Below are positions 1-9,574 of a DNA stretch of 64,000 nucleotides, piece after piece. This stretch comes from Candidatus Heimdallarchaeota archaeon (GTDB taxonomy: Archaea; Asgardarchaeota; Heimdallarchaeia; Heimdallarchaeales; Heimdallarchaeaceae). The stretch covers positions 69,248 to 133,247 of the forward strand of contig JAHLWR010000003.1 in assembly GCA_019057815.1 (NCBI GenBank), given 5' to 3'. Both the position numbers and the translations under genes were made by a program. The stretch's first letter is position 1, and the number at the start of each line of letters is the position of its first letter. The notes under the pieces were generated by a model that saw only the letters and a program-made list of their open reading frames with translations, made no database searches and had not been told where the DNA came from.

Positions 1-1161
1 CCTATTAGCACACAGAATCCTGTTATTCTTAAGCATGTTTCAGGACATTTTGACACTATTAATACCTATGGTTTCGAAAAACTAGGTTTATCTAAAGACT
101 TGAAAGGTGTAGATCTAGATGAACACGGAGAGATAACAGGAACTTTGAGAGATGTTGAATTATCAAAATACAAAGAGATTCAACCTAGTCCTGTAGAGTT
201 TATTCAAGGAATTAAACTAGGAATGAAAGAAGCTGTTAGATTGGGTATAACTTCTGTTCATGATAATATTACTTTTGAGTTATTACCTGCTTATAAGGAA
301 TTGATAAAGAATAATGAACTGCTCATTAGAGTTTATGGGATCATCTACCAAGATATGCTAGAAGAAGCTATTAAACTAGGTATTGATAGGAACTTTGGTG
401 ATAAATGGTTCAAAATAGGGGCTGTTAAGCTGATGACTGATGGTGCTTTATCATCTCGAACAGCATTAATGTTTGAAGATTATGACGATAAACCGGGAGA
501 AAAAGGATTTGCTCTATATGATGAAACCATGCTCAGCGAGATGGTTACTAAAGTCCATAAAGCGAATTTACAACTCGCTGTTCATGCAATAGGTGATAAA
601 GCAATTGCTAATGTGGTTAAAGCTATAGAAGACAACCTTGATCCTGAAGAGTGTAAATTAATTATGCATCGTATAGAACATGCTGAGATTTTGAGGAAAG
701 AGGAAGTAAAACGATCCAAACCTTATGGGATAGTCTTTTCAATGCAACCTAACTTCGTTTACAGATGGGGATTAGTTGGAGTAAATGGAATGTATGAGAA
801 GAGAATAGGACATGATAGAACTTTGCTTAATAACCCATTTAAATGGATTTTAGATGAGAATCTTCTCGTAATATTCGGTAGTGATGGGATGCCATTAGGA
901 CCTCTTTACGGTATTAAAGGAGCTTTATTTCATTCAAATCCAGATTTGAGACTGTCTCTAGAAGAAGCAATTCGATGTTTTACTGTATATCCTGCCATAG
1001 TATCAAAAGATGAAAAAGATAAAGGTACGTTAGAAAAAGGAAAACTTGCGGATATAACTATTTTAGACAGCAATTTGGATGAAATTGAACTTGAAAAATT
1101 CTATGATGTCGATATAGCTTATACAATCATTGGAGGAAGAATTATCTACAAGAAAGAGTAA
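1..1161 (+). CDS. Amidohydrolase-3 family metal-dependent hydrolase, 5'-partial. The reading frame is open from base 1, so the gene continues upstream of the window.
   Basis: Frame of ORF 100..1161 has no stop back to position 1. Contains VHAIGDKA (HAIGD motif), GSDGMP and C-terminal GKLADITILD, all typical of the Amidohydro_3 family. Confidence 0.6.
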   Translation, partial: PISTQNPVILKHVSGHFDTINTYGFEKLGLSKDLKGVDLDEHGEITGTLRDVELSKYKEIQPSPVEFIQGIKLGMKEAVRLGITSVHDNITFELLPAYKELIKNNELLIRVYGIIYQDMLEEAIKLGIDRNFGDKWFKIGAVKLMTDGALSSRTALMFEDYDDKPGEKGFALYDETMLSEMVTKVHKANLQLAVHAIGDKAIANVVKAIEDNLDPEECKLIMHRIEHAEILRKEEVKRSKPYGIVFSMQPNFVYRWGLVGVNGMYEKRIGHDRTLLNNPFKWILDENLLVIFGSDGMPLGPLYGIKGALFHSNPDLRLSLEEAIRCFTVYPAIVSKDEKDKGTLEKGKLADITILDSNLDEIELEKFYDVDIAYTIIGGRIIYKKE

Positions 1162-1171
1162 TTTCTTTTTC

Positions 1172-2296
1172 TTAGAATTTTTTAATAATTATAGTTATAA
1201 CATCCCCTTCTCTAACTATATGATCTAATCCTACTCTTTGGTTGGGATGCTTTGCACTCCTACCGGATATAACTGCGTATCTAAACTCTTTTTCAAATTT
1301 CCGATGTATTTTACCACATACATCTTTTATAGTCGAATCTCTAGCTATTATAAGCGGTTCCTCATAATCAGTCTTTTCACCTTGTTTTTTAAGGTAGATT
1401 TGCATTAATTCTAGTTTATCAACAATAATATCCTTTAGGTTTGAAAGGTTTTTTCCGCTTAATGCACTAATAAAAACCGCATCTTGAAAGATTTTCTTTA
1501 AATTTTTCAATTCTTTTCTAGATAGTAAATCTGTTTTATTTATAACAACTAATAGTTTAGGGTATGTTCGATTACCTTCCAAAATGTCAATTAATTCATC
1601 AATGGTCGGATCGCTTCTTACAGTAACTTGTGCATTACTAATCTTATATTCTCTCATAATGCTTGCAAAAGTTTTTTCACTCATATGAGAAAGAGATTTA
1701 AGGGTGGAAATTGATACACCACCACGTTCTGTCTTGGTTATTTTAATAAATGGTTTCTTTTTACCTGGTTTAATAGCAACTTTACCTAGTTCGTTAATTA
1801 TGATGTTGTAGGTATCGATTATTTTGAGAACCAAAGGTTTAGATTCGAGAAGAACTAGAATCATATCTGCCACTCTAGCAACAGCAAGAATCTCCTTTCC
1901 TCTTCCTTTACCAATATGGGCTCCTTCAATTATACCAGGTAGGTCAATAATCTGGATTTGCGTTCCTTTATGAGCTAAAATACCCGGAATAGCTGCAGTT
2001 GTAGTAAAGTAATAAGCTCCAACTTTAGATTCTTTGCTAGTAATTTTAGAAATAAGTGTAGACTTCCCTGTTGATGGAAAACCTAGAAGAACAACAGTGC
2101 CATCGCCAGTTCGCTTTACGTCAAAACCATAACCTGTAGATCCTTTAGAAGAAAGCTGAAAATCTATCTGTTTTCTACGTAATTTAGCCATTTTAGCTTT
2201 AAGAAATCCTATATGCCGCTCTGTAGACTTGTTTTTCGGCGTTTCTCGGATTTCATCTTCTAAATCCCTGATCTTTTCCTCTATGGTAGTGCTCAT
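1172..2296 (-). CDS. drg: DRG/Obg-family GTPase with C-terminal TGS domain (developmentally regulated GTP-binding protein homolog).
   Basis: G1 GFPSTGKST, DLPGIIEGA switch II, NKTD (G4), and a C-terminal TGS-like segment GDVITII. Length of 374 aa is typical for archaeal DRG. Confidence 0.8.
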   Translation of the reverse strand: MSTTIEEKIRDLEDEIRETPKNKSTERHIGFLKAKMAKLRRKQIDFQLSSKGSTGYGFDVKRTGDGTVVLLGFPSTGKSTLISKITSKESKVGAYYFTTTAAIPGILAHKGTQIQIIDLPGIIEGAHIGKGRGKEILAVARVADMILVLLESKPLVLKIIDTYNIIINELGKVAIKPGKKKPFIKITKTERGGVSISTLKSLSHMSEKTFASIMREYKISNAQVTVRSDPTIDELIDILEGNRTYPKLLVVINKTDLLSRKELKNLKKIFQDAVFISALSGKNLSNLKDIIVDKLELMQIYLKKQGEKTDYEEPLIIARDSTIKDVCGKIHRKFEKEFRYAVISGRSAKHPNQRVGLDHIVREGDVITIIIKKF

Positions 2297-2561
2297 ACTA
2301 TTCCCTGAAGTATGTTATTTTATAGATTGAGTAACTTAATTTCGATAAATATTTAGATTTAACGATTGTAATGAAAAACCAAAAAAAACAGCATGTTAGT
2401 AAAACTGAAAGCACACGCACTAATATTGTACTTTCAATAAAAATCGATAATATATAGACTTTTTGTTAATATAACAACATAAGCGCTTTAAAATAAACAG
2501 AATATTTAAATATCTATATAAAAGGAAAATAGTAGTAAGTTATTGATTGGGTGTTTATTTA

Positions 2562-2840
2562 ATGACAGAAATATTAGAATTAAATGATGAACAAGGTATT
2601 ATTAGCTTAGCAAAAGCTCTTTCATCCCCCACACGATATAAAATCGTGAAGCTGCTTGTTAACAAAGAAATGGATATTTCCAATATTGCTAAGAAGATGA
2701 ATCAAACAGAAGCTAATACCTCAGCTCAGATTAAATTCCTTGAAAAAGCCGGTGTTCTTGAATCAAGATACGAACCTGGTGTTCATGGAGTTAGAAAGGT
2801 CTGTAAAACTAAAATAAGGAAAGTTATTATAAATATTTAA
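2562..2840 (+). CDS. Small winged-helix (ArsR-like) transcriptional regulator.
   Basis: 93-aa protein; ISLAKALSSPTRYKIVKLL...ISNIAKKMNQTEANTSAQIKFLEKAGVL fits the ArsR/SmtB HTH pattern. The ATG at 2562 is preferred over the TTG at 2547. Confidence 0.5.
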   Translation: MTEILELNDEQGIISLAKALSSPTRYKIVKLLVNKEMDISNIAKKMNQTEANTSAQIKFLEKAGVLESRYEPGVHGVRKVCKTKIRKVIINI

Positions 2841-3391
2841 TATAATTTACTTCCCTTTTTTTTTCCTATTAAACAGTAGTCTTCAATTTTTAATTTCCAT
2901 ATTTTTTCTACTTCTATATCTACATCTTTAGCCAATTTAGAAAGATCATCCAAGTTGAATATATTTGTAAGAACTGATAATATAATTTTTCCGTTCTCTT
3001 TCAAAAAAAGAATTCCCTCATTTAGAGTTATAGCAGGTTTTGGGCTATTCTGTAGAATTGAAAAAAATGTTAAAATATCACAAGAGTTTTTTTTAAAGGG
3101 CAACAAATCTGCGTCAGCACATATAAAACAACTATTTGGATGCTTTTTTTTCCCTTCTAAAAGCATTTTGTAAGAAAAATCGCAACATATGATATTAATA
3201 TCATACTGCTGAAGAAAATCTAGAAACAGGGCAGTCCCACATCCAATATCAATTAAGATATCTTCTGATCTCAATTTTATAAATGATAAAATTTCTCTAT
3301 ATTTTGTGAACTGAATTTGTTTGTATCTACTGTCGTATTTATCAGCTGTTGCATCATACTTTCTACGAACTTCTTGTTTCTTATTTTTCAT
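2837..3391 (-). CDS. Class I SAM-dependent methyltransferase.
   Basis: Motif I LIDIGCGTALF (DxGCGxG) and the downstream acidic loop CCDFS. 184 aa. Confidence 0.6.
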   Translation of the reverse strand: MKNKKQEVRRKYDATADKYDSRYKQIQFTKYREILSFIKLRSEDILIDIGCGTALFLDFLQQYDINIICCDFSYKMLLEGKKKHPNSCFICADADLLPFKKNSCDILTFFSILQNSPKPAITLNEGILFLKENGKIILSVLTNIFNLDDLSKLAKDVDIEVEKIWKLKIEDYCLIGKKKGSKLY

Positions 3392-3487
3392 TCTATTAGA
3401 TTATAAATGGAAAACAATTTTAAGTTATTCTCCTATATACAATTAATGAAAACAAACCAAATAAAGGACTAACAAGCGAAGGAGAAT

Positions 3488-3495
3488 AAGGAGGT
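3488..3495 (+). promoter_or_regulatory. Shine-Dalgarno site AAGGAGGT, 6 nt upstream of the GTG start of the RIO2 gene.
   Basis: aaggaggtaaaggtGTG seen directly in sequence. Similar AGGTGA motifs precede both gamma-subunit copies and the beta subunit of the oxidoreductase operon, and the ABC ATPase start. Confidence 0.5.
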
Positions 3496-3501
3496 AAAGG
3501 T

Positions 3502-4392
3502 GTGACACTCTCTCTTAAAGGAGCAAAAATACTCAAAGATTTATCTATTAAAGATATACGTGTTTTACAAATGGTGGAAACCTTACTTAAAAGAGGAGAA
3601 TATGCTCCATTTGAGAAGATAGCTCTTTATTCTGGATTTAGAGAAAAGGATGTAGATATAATGATATCTAGACTCCACAAGTTTAAATTATTACAAAGGT
3701 GGAAAGGACATTACGTAGGTTACACTCTAACTTTTGCAGGTCATGATGCTCTTGCTTTGAATGCACTCTATAACAAAAAAGCTGTCTACGGTGTAGGTAG
3801 AGAGAGAGCAAAAGGAAAAGAGAGCGATATTTACTACGCTATAGACTTCGAAGAAAATGAGGTTATAATCAAAATTAATAGAACAGGAAGACCTAGTTTT
3901 CAACATATAAGAAAGAAAAGAGATTTCTTGGATGGAAAATTCCACTATTCGATATTCTTTTTAGCTGCTATCTCTGCTCAGAGAGAGTATAGTGTTCTTT
4001 CTAAGTTACAGAAATCAAAGCTTTCTATTCCTAAAATCATAGATTACAACAGACACATTATCGTAATGGAATCAATTCCTGGAACAGAACTTGTTAACGT
4101 CCGATATCTGAAAAACCCTTTGAAAGTTCTAAAGGAAACCATCGAATTTGCAAAGAAACTTTACAAAGACTATCATCTTGTCCATGGTGATTTAACCGAA
4201 TATAATATCCTTTATGATGAAAAAAGAGAAAAAATTACAATAATAGATTTTCCACAAACTATTCCTTCTGATCATCCAGAAGCAATGAATTTTCTTTCTC
4301 GAGATTTTGATCACTTATTTGACTTCTTTGGAAAGAAATGGTCTATAAGTATGGAATTAGAATCAGTAATTGACTACATCACAAAAAAATAG
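3502..4392 (+). CDS. rio2: RIO2-type serine/threonine protein kinase (N-terminal winged helix plus RIO domain).
   Basis: N-terminal wHTH-like segment, catalytic loop LVHGDLTEYNIL, metal-binding IIDFPQ. 296 aa, GTG start with strong SD. Confidence 0.75.
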   Translation: MTLSLKGAKILKDLSIKDIRVLQMVETLLKRGEYAPFEKIALYSGFREKDVDIMISRLHKFKLLQRWKGHYVGYTLTFAGHDALALNALYNKKAVYGVGRERAKGKESDIYYAIDFEENEVIIKINRTGRPSFQHIRKKRDFLDGKFHYSIFFLAAISAQREYSVLSKLQKSKLSIPKIIDYNRHIIVMESIPGTELVNVRYLKNPLKVLKETIEFAKKLYKDYHLVHGDLTEYNILYDEKREKITIIDFPQTIPSDHPEAMNFLSRDFDHLFDFFGKKWSISMELESVIDYITKK

Positions 4393-4395
4393 CTG

Positions 4396-6522
4396 GTGAT
4401 AATAATCGTAAAAGAAGAATCGATAATTATTGGAGTAGACATTCTTCCACAGACATCGCCTTTAAGAAAAAATTACTTTGCTGTTTGTGTTTATGATGTC
4501 AAACAAGAAAAAGTGCTGATGGAGTTTGAGAGAGTTAATATTCACAAACTCCTAGGGATAACAACAAGCGCCAAAGCGCACTTGTTAGCAACTGACAATA
4601 TATATGAGCTTGTATTTTCTCCCTCACAAATTCCTTTTCTTTGTACCAGACTTTTACCAGTAACAAAATTAGTTCAGGTTACAGGTTCACCTATCCACGG
4701 TTTTACTCCTCTATCACAATTAATGAGAAATCACGGAATGAAAATATCTGGAAAACTAACTCCACTAAACGCAGCAAAGGCTTGTGCTTTTTTGGCTAGT
4801 AAAAAATTAGGGTATATTATAGAACCTTTTGAAGACGAAACAAAAATAATCGTTTCTAGAACTAGATCAAAAGGAGCTGGAGGTTGGTCTCAAGCTAGAT
4901 ATAGTAGACTGATGGATACATCAGTAAATCAAGAAGCTAAAAAAGTTGAATTAATTCTAAAAGAGCAGAGCTTTGATTATGATAAAAACACAGCTAAGAG
5001 CAAATATGGAGCTCAAAAAGTTATTTTTAACATATATGCTCCTTTTAATGAAGTTACAAAAGTTATCAAGAAACAAAAAGGTGAGATATGTAAAATTAAT
5101 GTTGTACCTATAAACAAAGAAAGAGTAGAATTTATCCCTCTTTCTCAAGAAGTTACAGAAAAATCCAAACTTAAACGATTAATAGTAGGTATTGATCCTG
5201 GATTAACAGTTGGACTATCTATTCTAGATTTAAGAGGTAGGGTCGTAAAAATAGCCAGTTTTAGAGAGGTGAGTAGAGGTCAAATAATACGAGAAATAAC
5301 CCGTTATGGGAAACCTACAATTATTTGTTGTGATGTTTATCCTTATCCCAGCTACGTTGAAAAGATTGCAGCAACTCTAAGTGCTAGAATTTACGCACCA
5401 AAGAGTGTTATGACTGTCGCTGAAAAAAACGAAATGTCTAGAACACTTGCATTGCAACAAGGTATATCTGTTAAAAATGCACATCAACGAGATTCTTTGG
5501 CAGCTGCTTATAGTGGTTATAAAAAATATAGAGGCGAATTTGACAAAATTGATAAAAAATTCTTTAATGATTTTAACCAAACTTTACGGGATGAAATCAA
5601 GAATATGATCGTAAAAGGCAGTTCGATTTCTGATGCTGAACAATTTATAAAAAAAGAATTAGTGGAGGAACGATTACCAATAAAAGCTCCAGCTGACATT
5701 AAAATTATCGAGAAGGAACCCACTGAAGAACAAGCTGATTCATTGATTCAAAGAATAAATTTACTCGAAGAACTCTTAGATTTTGAAAGAAGAAAAAACA
5801 CTGAATTCTATTCTGAGAATAAGGAACTAGAAATAAAAATCGAATACCTTCAAGAGAAGCTTGAAGAAGGGAAAACAGATTATTTTAAACAAATATATCG
5901 AGAGAAAATAATAAGACAGAAAGATAATTTAATCTCTTCTTATAGTGAAAAAATGAGATTATTAGAAAGAGAAATGGAGTTTTTTGCAGATAGAATAGAG
6001 GAGCTTAAACGAGTAGCTTGGTTGAGAGGAAATGAAGGCTGGACTCCACTGAAAGTAATTCGAAAGTTTTCTCAAGATGAAATTATGAAAACTGAAAAAA
6101 CTTATGGTCTAGGTCCTGGGGATTCGGTCTACATCTTGGACACAACAGGTGGAGGAGGGCAAACAGTTGAACTTTTACTTTCCTACAAAATTAAAGCTGT
6201 AATAGGTAATATCGATCAATTTTCATATTATGCAAAGGAAAAATTAGTTGAATTAAATGTCCCCATGGCTGATTCTAGTAGTGTAGAAATTGTAAGAATA
6301 GATGAGATTGCCATTATTAAGGAAGAGGATCTCAATAATATTGTAACAAAAGCTGAGAAAGATTTAGAAAAAATTCAAACAAAGAAAAAAAAGGGTTTTC
6401 TTATTAGCTTGCTTGAGGAGTACAGAGAGGAGAGACAGAAAGAATTTGAAGAATATGACGAGTTAAAGAAGCAGAAAGAACATAGAAGGGATAAAATCGA
6501 TTATACTCGTGAAAATGAATAA
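4396..6522 (+). CDS. DUF460/COG2433-like archaeal protein with two RNase-H-fold (YqgF/RuvC-like) modules and a long coiled-coil region. Abuts rio2 with a 3-nt gap, so probably co-transcribed.
   Basis: IIGVDI and LIVGIDPGLTVGLSILDLRGR...IICCDV segments resemble YqgF/RuvC-like resolvase cores. A long E/K-rich coiled coil follows. 708 aa. Confidence 0.45.
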   Translation: MIIIVKEESIIIGVDILPQTSPLRKNYFAVCVYDVKQEKVLMEFERVNIHKLLGITTSAKAHLLATDNIYELVFSPSQIPFLCTRLLPVTKLVQVTGSPIHGFTPLSQLMRNHGMKISGKLTPLNAAKACAFLASKKLGYIIEPFEDETKIIVSRTRSKGAGGWSQARYSRLMDTSVNQEAKKVELILKEQSFDYDKNTAKSKYGAQKVIFNIYAPFNEVTKVIKKQKGEICKINVVPINKERVEFIPLSQEVTEKSKLKRLIVGIDPGLTVGLSILDLRGRVVKIASFREVSRGQIIREITRYGKPTIICCDVYPYPSYVEKIAATLSARIYAPKSVMTVAEKNEMSRTLALQQGISVKNAHQRDSLAAAYSGYKKYRGEFDKIDKKFFNDFNQTLRDEIKNMIVKGSSISDAEQFIKKELVEERLPIKAPADIKIIEKEPTEEQADSLIQRINLLEELLDFERRKNTEFYSENKELEIKIEYLQEKLEEGKTDYFKQIYREKIIRQKDNLISSYSEKMRLLEREMEFFADRIEELKRVAWLRGNEGWTPLKVIRKFSQDEIMKTEKTYGLGPGDSVYILDTTGGGGQTVELLLSYKIKAVIGNIDQFSYYAKEKLVELNVPMADSSSVEIVRIDEIAIIKEEDLNNIVTKAEKDLEKIQTKKKKGFLISLLEEYREERQKEFEEYDELKKQKEHRRDKIDYTRENE

Positions 6523-6545
6523 AGAAAAATGTAGAATAGGGAAGA

Positions 6546-6776
6546 TTATTCCTTAATTGAAAGTTGAACTAACAAGATGTTGTTTCCTCTAACAAATATG
6601 CTCCCATAACGAGAAACTTCTTCATCGTCTATAATCTCAACAGCTTCAGAAAGATGGCAGTTCATATATTGGTCAAAACTCTCAAGTTTTCCTTTATACT
6701 TGACATTATCTTTTAATCTTATTATGATAAATTTTCCTAATGCTTTTTTTAATGTACCTATCGGAAAGCTGCTCAT
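6546..6776 (-). CDS. Sm-like archaeal protein (SmAP/LSm).
   Basis: 76 aa. IIRLKDNVKYKGKLESFDQYMNCHL...VRGNNIL matches Sm1/Sm2 motifs. Confidence 0.7.
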   Translation of the reverse strand: MSSFPIGTLKKALGKFIIIRLKDNVKYKGKLESFDQYMNCHLSEAVEIIDDEEVSRYGSIFVRGNNILLVQLSIKE

Positions 6777-6862
6777 ATGTTACACCTTGTTCAACTAACT
6801 GAAGATATTGCCAAGTGGGATGTTTAAAAACATTTTGATGGCAAATTAGTGTTTTTGAGTTT

Positions 6863-8356
6863 TCAGTCTATATCATAAGCTTTTGCGGATTCTTCTAAAT
6901 CCATTGTCTGAAGAGCACTTGTTTTTCTCTTTCTGATACTAACGAAAATAGGGTGGTTTACAGCATTACCAACAATAATAGCTTCCCCTATTCCTAAAGT
7001 TGTTATTGAATCCATTGTTTCTCTATCAATACCTTCTGAAGATCTACCAATAAAATCAAGATCATAGGGATTCACAATTCTCATTATTACGTGGGTGTTG
7101 CATTGGCTCAGTGCTGTTGTGGATAGTTTCACCGGTCTTTGACTTATCAGAACTAGGGAAATGAAGAACTTCCTTCCTTCTCTCGCAATTGTTTCGATTA
7201 TTGGTCGGGATAGTCCCATATTAATGCTTGCTTCAGGAGCGAATTGATGTGCCTCCTCTACAATTATTGTTGTTGGCGGAATCTTGCCTTTCTTTCGTAA
7301 ATCAAAAAGTTGAGTGAGAAAATAGCTCATTATTAACTGTTTTTTCCTTAAACTAGTGAAATCACTTAAATCTACTATTAATAGCTTTCCTGCTTTTATA
7401 TCATCTTCTAAAGAAGGTTTCTCAACCTGACCAAAAAGTTGTGTAGATTCAAGAGTATAAAACCACCCAATTAGTGCTTCTTTACTTCTTTGATTGATAT
7501 TATCATCGTTTTCTATTTTTTCAATAATATCTTTAATCAGATAACTTTTGCCCTGTTTTGTATTTGTTACGTATAATTTTCCTAAAATTCTATATAACTC
7601 TCGAACTTGGACAGCTGACATTTGAGGTTGAAATGATGCAAACTGTCCTGCTGTTAATTTATGCGTAGCAAATTGAATAAACGCGCCTGGAAAGAATTCA
7701 ATTTTATCTTTGAATTCCGAGGAATCATCACTTAATCCTTTATATTCACCATGAACATCGAACAAAATTACAGCTACTCTTCCTTGCTCTTGACTCCTTG
7801 ATAATAGTTCTTCCAAGATTATTGAAACTGTGTAAGATTTTCCAGCTCCTGATATAGCCAGTAAAGCTGTATGTTTTTGTAAAAATCTTGTTAGGTTAAC
7901 TTTTACTTCTAAATTATGATGAGCAATTTTACCTAAAAACAAACCGTTTTCTGGGTCAAGCCCGAGAAATTTTGATAGAGTACCAGTATCGGGAACATAT
8001 ACTGTATCTCCCGGTGAAACAGGATAAAGTAAGCGTTTTATACCTATTTCTGAAAATATCCCCAAGGGTTTTGCTTGTGCAATAATATATTCCCATGAAT
8101 CGACAGGAAAAATCGACGCTAATGTTTTACCGCTAGTTTCGTATGCTTTTACAGCTGAAGGGGATGAAAAATATCTGTTTGTCTTGAAAACATTTAGAAC
8201 TGAAGCAATAATTTCTCCTTCTTCTGATTGAATAGTTACATACATTCCTTTCTGTAAACGGAAATCTTCTTCTGACTTTGTTAAAACAAAACTAAATTCG
8301 GATGGGTTTGGAGTTTCTTCGGCAACAATTACTGTTCCTATACTTTTTCCTTTCAT
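6863..8356 (-). CDS. herA: HerA-family (FtsK/HerA superfamily) DNA helicase/translocase ATPase.
   Basis: Walker A AISGAGKSYT; EEAHQF (HerA DEAH-like box); N-terminal barrel-like region. Located immediately downstream of NurA. Confidence 0.75.
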   Translation of the reverse strand: MKGKSIGTVIVAEETPNPSEFSFVLTKSEEDFRLQKGMYVTIQSEEGEIIASVLNVFKTNRYFSSPSAVKAYETSGKTLASIFPVDSWEYIIAQAKPLGIFSEIGIKRLLYPVSPGDTVYVPDTGTLSKFLGLDPENGLFLGKIAHHNLEVKVNLTRFLQKHTALLAISGAGKSYTVSIILEELLSRSQEQGRVAVILFDVHGEYKGLSDDSSEFKDKIEFFPGAFIQFATHKLTAGQFASFQPQMSAVQVRELYRILGKLYVTNTKQGKSYLIKDIIEKIENDDNINQRSKEALIGWFYTLESTQLFGQVEKPSLEDDIKAGKLLIVDLSDFTSLRKKQLIMSYFLTQLFDLRKKGKIPPTTIIVEEAHQFAPEASINMGLSRPIIETIAREGRKFFISLVLISQRPVKLSTTALSQCNTHVIMRIVNPYDLDFIGRSSEGIDRETMDSITTLGIGEAIIVGNAVNHPIFVSIRKRKTSALQTMDLEESAKAYDID

Positions 8357-8360
8357 TTTT

Positions 8361-9518
8361 TCACCTTGTAAATGGAGATCTTGCTCTTCTTTTTTGGAGA
8401 GAGAAACTAGAATATCCTATTTTTGAAGCTATTTCATCTATTAAAATATCAGCATCAACCTCTTGTAATCTGGCCCGTGCATCTGCTTCAATTATTACGC
8501 TTGGTAACCCGTACTCTGGGTTATGTTTGGATACTGAAATAACTAATGCTGAAATTGATTGAGACAAATCTTGGGGGTTTGAAAAAAGAATGGGGAATTC
8601 TACTCTCAAAGGAGTATCATATTCAGCTGTTTTAAGATAAAAGCAGTGAATATCGAAATCAGGCAAGTTTTTATCGAATTTCTCATTGAAGTTTGATAAG
8701 TAAAACTCAAATGTTCGCTCATTCTGGTCTAAAACTTGGAATAATAGATCTGTATCCCGTAATTGCCTTATTATAGGACGGTAGTCTATTTCTAGAAGCT
8801 TTTCAAATTCTTTAAGTTTGCTTAAATGCGGTAATAAGTGCGACATTTTTTCAGTCAAAATAGCTGATCTTGAATCTTTCACAATCCCACATAAAGAAGT
8901 ATGATGTTTTTGGCAGAGAGAATATAGTTGTCTGTATAATGTTTTAAGGTTCAGGTACTGATGAACAAGAAATTCACTGTGATTAATCACCTTATAATCA
9001 ATATATGGCAAAACAGAACCATCAATAATAATAATATCTGGAAGATCCTCTTTAACCAAGGAAATTGCACATTTAATCTCTTTTTGCATTCTCCAAATCG
9101 ATATTAAACTTTCAATCTCATTCTGATTTAATGGTTCAATACTGGTTACAATATCAGGGAAAGGATTCTCTTCAGGAAAATATCTAACTACTGGGTTACT
9201 GTTAGGTAAATAATAAAAAAGAACACCAACAGCACGTATTAATGCAATATCAAAGAAATTCAACGATCGATGGATAATACCTCCATCTACACCTGCGATT
9301 TTAAGTCCTTCAATATTTGTCTCAGGACAGTTCACTACAAACGATTTATCTGTTGTTTTAAAACCAAAAGAGTCTGGAAACTCAGTTGGGTTAAGAGAAT
9401 TTTTCACACTTCGAAATAAATTTTGAAACAACCTTCTATGCTCGTTGTATCTAAGTATTTGTTGAGAAATTTTGTCAATAGCACTATTTATTTTGTCCTT
9501 AAGATGCATACTCTCCAC
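8361..9518 (-). CDS. nurA: NurA-family nuclease, partner of HerA.
   Basis: IAGVDGG and IIIDGSVLPY (NurA D-G-S active-site motifs), plus adjacency to herA. Confidence 0.6.
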   Translation of the reverse strand: MESMHLKDKINSAIDKISQQILRYNEHRRLFQNLFRSVKNSLNPTEFPDSFGFKTTDKSFVVNCPETNIEGLKIAGVDGGIIHRSLNFFDIALIRAVGVLFYYLPNSNPVVRYFPEENPFPDIVTSIEPLNQNEIESLISIWRMQKEIKCAISLVKEDLPDIIIIDGSVLPYIDYKVINHSEFLVHQYLNLKTLYRQLYSLCQKHHTSLCGIVKDSRSAILTEKMSHLLPHLSKLKEFEKLLEIDYRPIIRQLRDTDLLFQVLDQNERTFEFYLSNFNEKFDKNLPDFDIHCFYLKTAEYDTPLRVEFPILFSNPQDLSQSISALVISVSKHNPEYGLPSVIIEADARARLQEVDADILIDEIASKIGYSSFSLQKRRARSPFTR

Positions 9519-9574
9519 AATCTTCGTATACAGTGTTCTAATAATAAAGACATTTTTTTGGTATAAAAACCAGT

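Noticed and set aside
2955-5723. Short ORFs 2955..3173, 3727..3945, 4957..5148, 5377..5580, 5517..5723
   Set aside because: All lie antisense or out of frame within the longer, motif-supported genes (SAM methyltransferase, RIO2, DUF460).
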